This document shows positions 60,977-64,000 of a stretch of DNA of 64,000 nucleotides, piece by piece. The first letter of the stretch is position 1; every line of letters starts with the position of its first letter. A program made the position numbers and the translations under genes. The notes beneath the pieces are model-generated. The model searched no databases and had not been told where the DNA came from. It saw only the letters and a program-made list of their open reading frames with translations. The stretch comes from a virus, in the IMG/VR virus record IMGVR_UViG_3300037297_000178, positions 1-64,000 of that record. One strand, given 5' to 3'.

Positions 60977-61148
60977 TTACCTTTATTCTGAATGTTCGGT
61001 CCCCTAGTTGAATCTCGATTTCAGGCCCATCGGGGTCGTCCCGTTGTCTTTCGACCAACTCCTCGAGAGCCTTCAATAACCCCTCCTCTGTTATGACAAT
61101 ATTGTCCTGCGACGCTTTCCCTGACAACGTCGCTTTACCTATTAGCAT
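60849..61148 (-). CDS. hypothetical protein (doubtful 3' end)
   Basis: 99-aa ORF whose last 128 nt overlap the TSCPD gene out of frame. Confidence 0.3.
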   Translation of the reverse strand: MLIGKATLSGKASQDNIVITEEGLLKALEELVERQRDDPDGPEIEIQLGDRTFRIKVNDDFENALENCSEANNPRNGIHNGVYVGWDNSASYSERREGG

Positions 61149-61344
61149 TTTTCGCCTCGAGGTATGCCTCGAGTACGAGGTCGACGGTCAGCTTGTCGTA
61201 GTGACCGTCCTCAATCAGACCGTCAACTATCTCTCCCCACTCGCATACCTGCTCGCAGCCTGAGCAGACGGGGACGATACCCTTGTCGTCAAGCGCAAGA
61301 ATCAAAAACCCACTCTTACAGTGAGGGCATGTCGGCCTGTGCAT
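61135..61344 (-). CDS. small zinc-ribbon protein
   Basis: Start at MHRPTCPHCKSG (TAATG junction with the upstream gene); second pair CSGC. Confidence 0.45.
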   Translation of the reverse strand: MHRPTCPHCKSGFLILALDDKGIVPVCSGCEQVCEWGEIVDGLIEDGHYDKLTVDLVLEAYLEAKNANR

Positions 61345-62153
61345 TATCCCTTCCCGGCCCTGTCGTGAGGGCCTCCCTTCCACGACTTCCCTAGTTTGTC
61401 CGACACAGTTTCCATGTGGACGGTATAGCGTTCTATACCGTCTGCGAGACAGACGATTTCGGGACCCTGTACCTGCCTCACGCGGCGGTCAAATGCGAGT
61501 TCCATCGAGCCGAGGTCGCGGTTTGTCGGGAAGAGGCCGAAGCCGCCGTTCACCGGCTTCTGGAGGTCACTGTACGACAGGTCGCTAATGTCAGTAGGCG
61601 AATTTCCCAGGTGGAAGCGGACGTGCGTCACAGCCGACCGGTTCGAGTACACGTTCCAGTGACCTGACTGTGAAGGGTTGATTCTCATGTAGTCGACCAT
61701 ACCGAGCGGTGTCATTTGCTCTTTGACGGTAAGGTTGAGGCCCGAATGGCCCGACAGGCCGTCCATCCGCACGCGCCCTATGTGAGGAGCGCTTTCGATT
61801 AGCGCGACGGCAGGTGTGATGTCGATGCGCCGTCGCGCAAAATAATCGTCTTCAATCGTGAAAAAATGCCTGAGGTTATACCTTCTCATGCCCTCAAGCA
61901 TCGCCGTGTTTACGTTATGGCCCCAACCGCTGTTTTCCTTGTCAGTTACCGACAGGAAAAACCTGAGGTCAGGGTACTTTTCTGCAATGCTACGGGCGTA
62001 GGCATCGCTCCCTTTCGTCCGGTCGTCGGCTAAAATCCACTTCACCTTCCCGGCATACGAGAAAAACTTCAGCATCGAGTCGATACAGATTTGAATTTCC
62101 TCGAAGCGGTTCCACGTTATGACTATAATTCCAACGTTTGGAAGTTCCATCAC
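61344..62153 (-). CDS. family 2 glycosyltransferase
   Basis: VGIIVITWNRFEEIQICIDSML ... ILADDRT. Confidence 0.65.
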   Translation of the reverse strand: MMELPNVGIIVITWNRFEEIQICIDSMLKFFSYAGKVKWILADDRTKGSDAYARSIAEKYPDLRFFLSVTDKENSGWGHNVNTAMLEGMRRYNLRHFFTIEDDYFARRRIDITPAVALIESAPHIGRVRMDGLSGHSGLNLTVKEQMTPLGMVDYMRINPSQSGHWNVYSNRSAVTHVRFHLGNSPTDISDLSYSDLQKPVNGGFGLFPTNRDLGSMELAFDRRVRQVQGPEIVCLADGIERYTVHMETVSDKLGKSWKGGPHDRAGKG

Positions 62154-62647
62154 AGCTCCAGAGACGGCATACGGACACGTCTCACCTTGTTCATCGACTC
62201 AAACCATTCGACGATAGCGTCGCGCCCGAACATATCGGCTAAGTAGCGGGCGGACTCGTTAGTGGTTATCTTTTCGTGACACCAACGGTGAAGGACAAGC
62301 ACGTTGTACGAGTGCTGTGTCTGTACCTTGTACCACGACGGCGTCCCTACACAGTTCGATTTTGCAATGAGGGCGTGGTGAAGCTCGATGTGCCCCACAA
62401 GCTCTTCACCACAATACGGACACATCATGTTCTGATTAGCCAGCGCAGCCAGTCGGAGCGCGTTCTGCCATTCGAAAAGGGCCGTTTCCGGGTTGAGGTT
62501 TTCGAACACGTCAAAAAACGGGACAAGTACAATCACTTCCCGTTCCTCGTCAAACCACACGCCCGAAGCAGGTGCGCCAAACCCCTCATTTACCTCGAGG
62601 GAGGCGTTCCTCGTGAAGTTTTTTGTTTTTTGTGTAAAGTTACTCAT
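62150..62647 (-). CDS. HNH endonuclease-like protein
   Basis: CPYCGEELVGHIELHH ... NVLVLHRWCHE. Confidence 0.55.
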   Translation of the reverse strand: MSNFTQKTKNFTRNASLEVNEGFGAPASGVWFDEEREVIVLVPFFDVFENLNPETALFEWQNALRLAALANQNMMCPYCGEELVGHIELHHALIAKSNCVGTPSWYKVQTQHSYNVLVLHRWCHEKITTNESARYLADMFGRDAIVEWFESMNKVRRVRMPSLEL

Positions 62648-63401
62648 AATCTTGTCCCCAACACTGTCTGTAAAACGGGCAGACGAACTTTTTTGAGTAG
62701 TATTGTCTCACGCACGCGTCCGGGTACATAGCATAAATGTATCCGGCCTTAATCGCCTCGTGCGTGCTTTTCACGAGCGCCTCGAAACGCTGAATGTCAC
62801 GGAAGCTACGCTTTCCCTCAACAAGGGAGGCATAACCAGTTTTTTTATCCAACGTCACGAAGCCGACCCGTGATGGTATTATACCATATTTCAGCCACAT
62901 TAGCCAAGCGTAACACGTCGGTTGAAGGTTTGTCATAACGGCGTGAAGGTCGAACTCGAAATTCGTGGTCTTGTAGTCGAGTATCACTGAGTTACCGTCA
63001 AAGTCGACACCTGAGAGGTCAATTACCCCGCTGAAGTTGTGCCTGCGCGAGACAATGCGCTCCTCCGTTCGGAGCGCAAGCAAACGGCCCGTCACGGTGT
63101 ACAGTGTCCGTGACGGGTCGATTGTCTTTTTTACGAGTTCGGCCCCGTTGTCGACCATCGTCTCAGCGAGATACCTGAGTTTCTTCGGGTTGCTGTCGGG
63201 TATCACGTCGCGGTAGTCAAACGTGATACCTGCGAGCCATTCCTCTCGCGGTCGTTCCCATATGCGCTCGAGTGCCTTGTGAACGTCGCGCCCGAACAGG
63301 AACGCCTCATTCGGCGGTTCCTCGACCATGCCGAGCTTCCGGTGATACAGCAGCATCGGGCATTGCTGAAATGCTGCAATACTGCTGAAAGACAGGCGCA
63401 T
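62640..63401 (-). CDS. Cas4/RecB-like PD-(D/E)xK exonuclease with Cys cluster
   Basis: N-terminus SFSSIAAFQQCP; GVIDLS ... VILDYKT; QPTCYAW; C-terminus C...CPFYRQC. Confidence 0.7.
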   Translation of the reverse strand: MRLSFSSIAAFQQCPMLLYHRKLGMVEEPPNEAFLFGRDVHKALERIWERPREEWLAGITFDYRDVIPDSNPKKLRYLAETMVDNGAELVKKTIDPSRTLYTVTGRLLALRTEERIVSRRHNFSGVIDLSGVDFDGNSVILDYKTTNFEFDLHAVMTNLQPTCYAWLMWLKYGIIPSRVGFVTLDKKTGYASLVEGKRSFRDIQRFEALVKSTHEAIKAGYIYAMYPDACVRQYYSKKFVCPFYRQCWGQDYE

Positions 63402-63958
63402 CAGAAGAGCCTCATTTGGTGCTTGCTCTTTTTGGCGCTCTTGAATTTACGCCTCTTTTTCTTCTCGACTGCAACGAGCGCGTTCCACCTCTCGAACGAC
63501 GCAGTCGCGTGCTCAGACAGGAACGCCCGAAGGTCGGGGGGTAGGTCAAAGTCGGCACATTCGGAGAGCCGGACGAGTACGCCCCTATATGAGTTAGAGA
63601 ACACCTTCGTCTGCACGCCTGTGAGTATGCGCGAGTCGTCGTCGTCGTCAAACAGCGCGTCTGCGAGCGAGTCGAAAAGCGTTTTCGTGAAGGCGTCAAG
63701 GTCGTGGGCACAACCCACAACAGCGAGGTCGACCTTCACCCATATGTCCTGCGGGAAGTTGTCGACCTCCTCTCGAATCACCTGCTCGGCTTTCGACTGC
63801 CATGCCTTCACAGTCGATTCCTTGTAAAAGCGACACGAGTTCGAACCCCTGGGCTTCCCGCACGCATACGTCGCGTTAATGCCCGGGGGCGGGATGGGAA
63901 GCCACACGTAGTATATGCGCCCCTGTGGTTTTACGTCAAATATGGTGTCAAGTTTCAA
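63401..63958 (-). CDS. rusA: RusA-family Holliday junction resolvase
   Basis: CAHDLDAFTKTLFDSLADALFDDDDDSRI matches the RusA D.DN..K...D.L......DD..V motif. Confidence 0.6.
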   Translation of the reverse strand: MKLDTIFDVKPQGRIYYVWLPIPPPGINATYACGKPRGSNSCRFYKESTVKAWQSKAEQVIREEVDNFPQDIWVKVDLAVVGCAHDLDAFTKTLFDSLADALFDDDDDSRILTGVQTKVFSNSYRGVLVRLSECADFDLPPDLRAFLSEHATASFERWNALVAVEKKKRRKFKSAKKSKHQMRLF

Positions 63959-64000
63959 TTCCCCACTCCTCTGAAGCTATCTCATACATTTGTTCAAAGT

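Noticed and set aside
1-64000. The very high frequency of CTCGAG (XhoI) and GTCGAC (SalI) hexamers. I tallied about 13 CTCGAG in the first 6 kb by eye, against about 1.5 expected
   Set aside because: This is largely explained by the preferred codon pairs CTC-GAG (Leu-Glu) and GTC-GAC (Val-Asp) in acidic phage proteins. It is not evidently an independent signal. It is noted only as a possible methyltransferase or restriction-avoidance test case.
1-64000. Integrase, attachment site, repressor/lysogeny module, reverse transcriptase (DGR or retron) and a recognisable endolysin or holin pair
   Set aside because: I searched for these by motif in all listed ORFs and found none in this window. Their absence here says nothing about the rest of the genome.

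Overview
The window reads as about 64 kb of a tailed dsDNA phage or prophage, siphovirus-like because there is a tape measure protein and no sheath. It is moderately GC-rich by eye and almost fully coding. Layout: (1) 1-25.0 kb, a + strand train of about 70 small early or accessory ORFs. These include tandem paralog families, one tRNA-Lys(UUU), a beta-class DNA methyltransferase, homing-endonuclease-like genes, and near-perfect sigma70-type promoters at intervals. (2) 24.9-27.1 kb, a two-gene - strand unit holding a B12-type radical SAM enzyme and an acidic partner. (3) 27.1-36.2 kb, + strand packaging and head genes: TerS, TerL, a portal-MuF fusion, a protease-scaffold fusion, the major capsid protein and a terminator. 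(4) 36.3-37.2 kb, a stand-alone uracil-phosphoribosyltransferase-like gene. (5) 37.2-51.8 kb, a - strand tail module with tape measure, chaperone, BNR-repeat tail proteins and an embedded receiver-domain protein. (6) 51.9-62.2 kb, a - strand glycosyltransferase and sugar-modification cluster plus a second DNA methyltransferase. (7) 62.2-64.0 kb, HNH, Cas4-like nuclease and RusA. Four observations stand out. First, a CCA-adding enzyme is split into two genes 4.5 kb apart, and its 450 residues contain no Leu, Val, Asn or Tyr and only one Gln. Second, the 10-bp palindrome TTAGCGCTAA occurs 10 times, embedded in unrelated genes on both strands in two reading frames. Third, a start-less 96-codon frame between the tail chaperone and the tape measure implies a +1 frameshift with a prfB-like SD-spacer-slip layout. 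Fourth, four genes have a TATAAT-N6-ATG arrangement that suggests leaderless mRNAs. All functional calls rest on motifs read by eye; no database search was possible.
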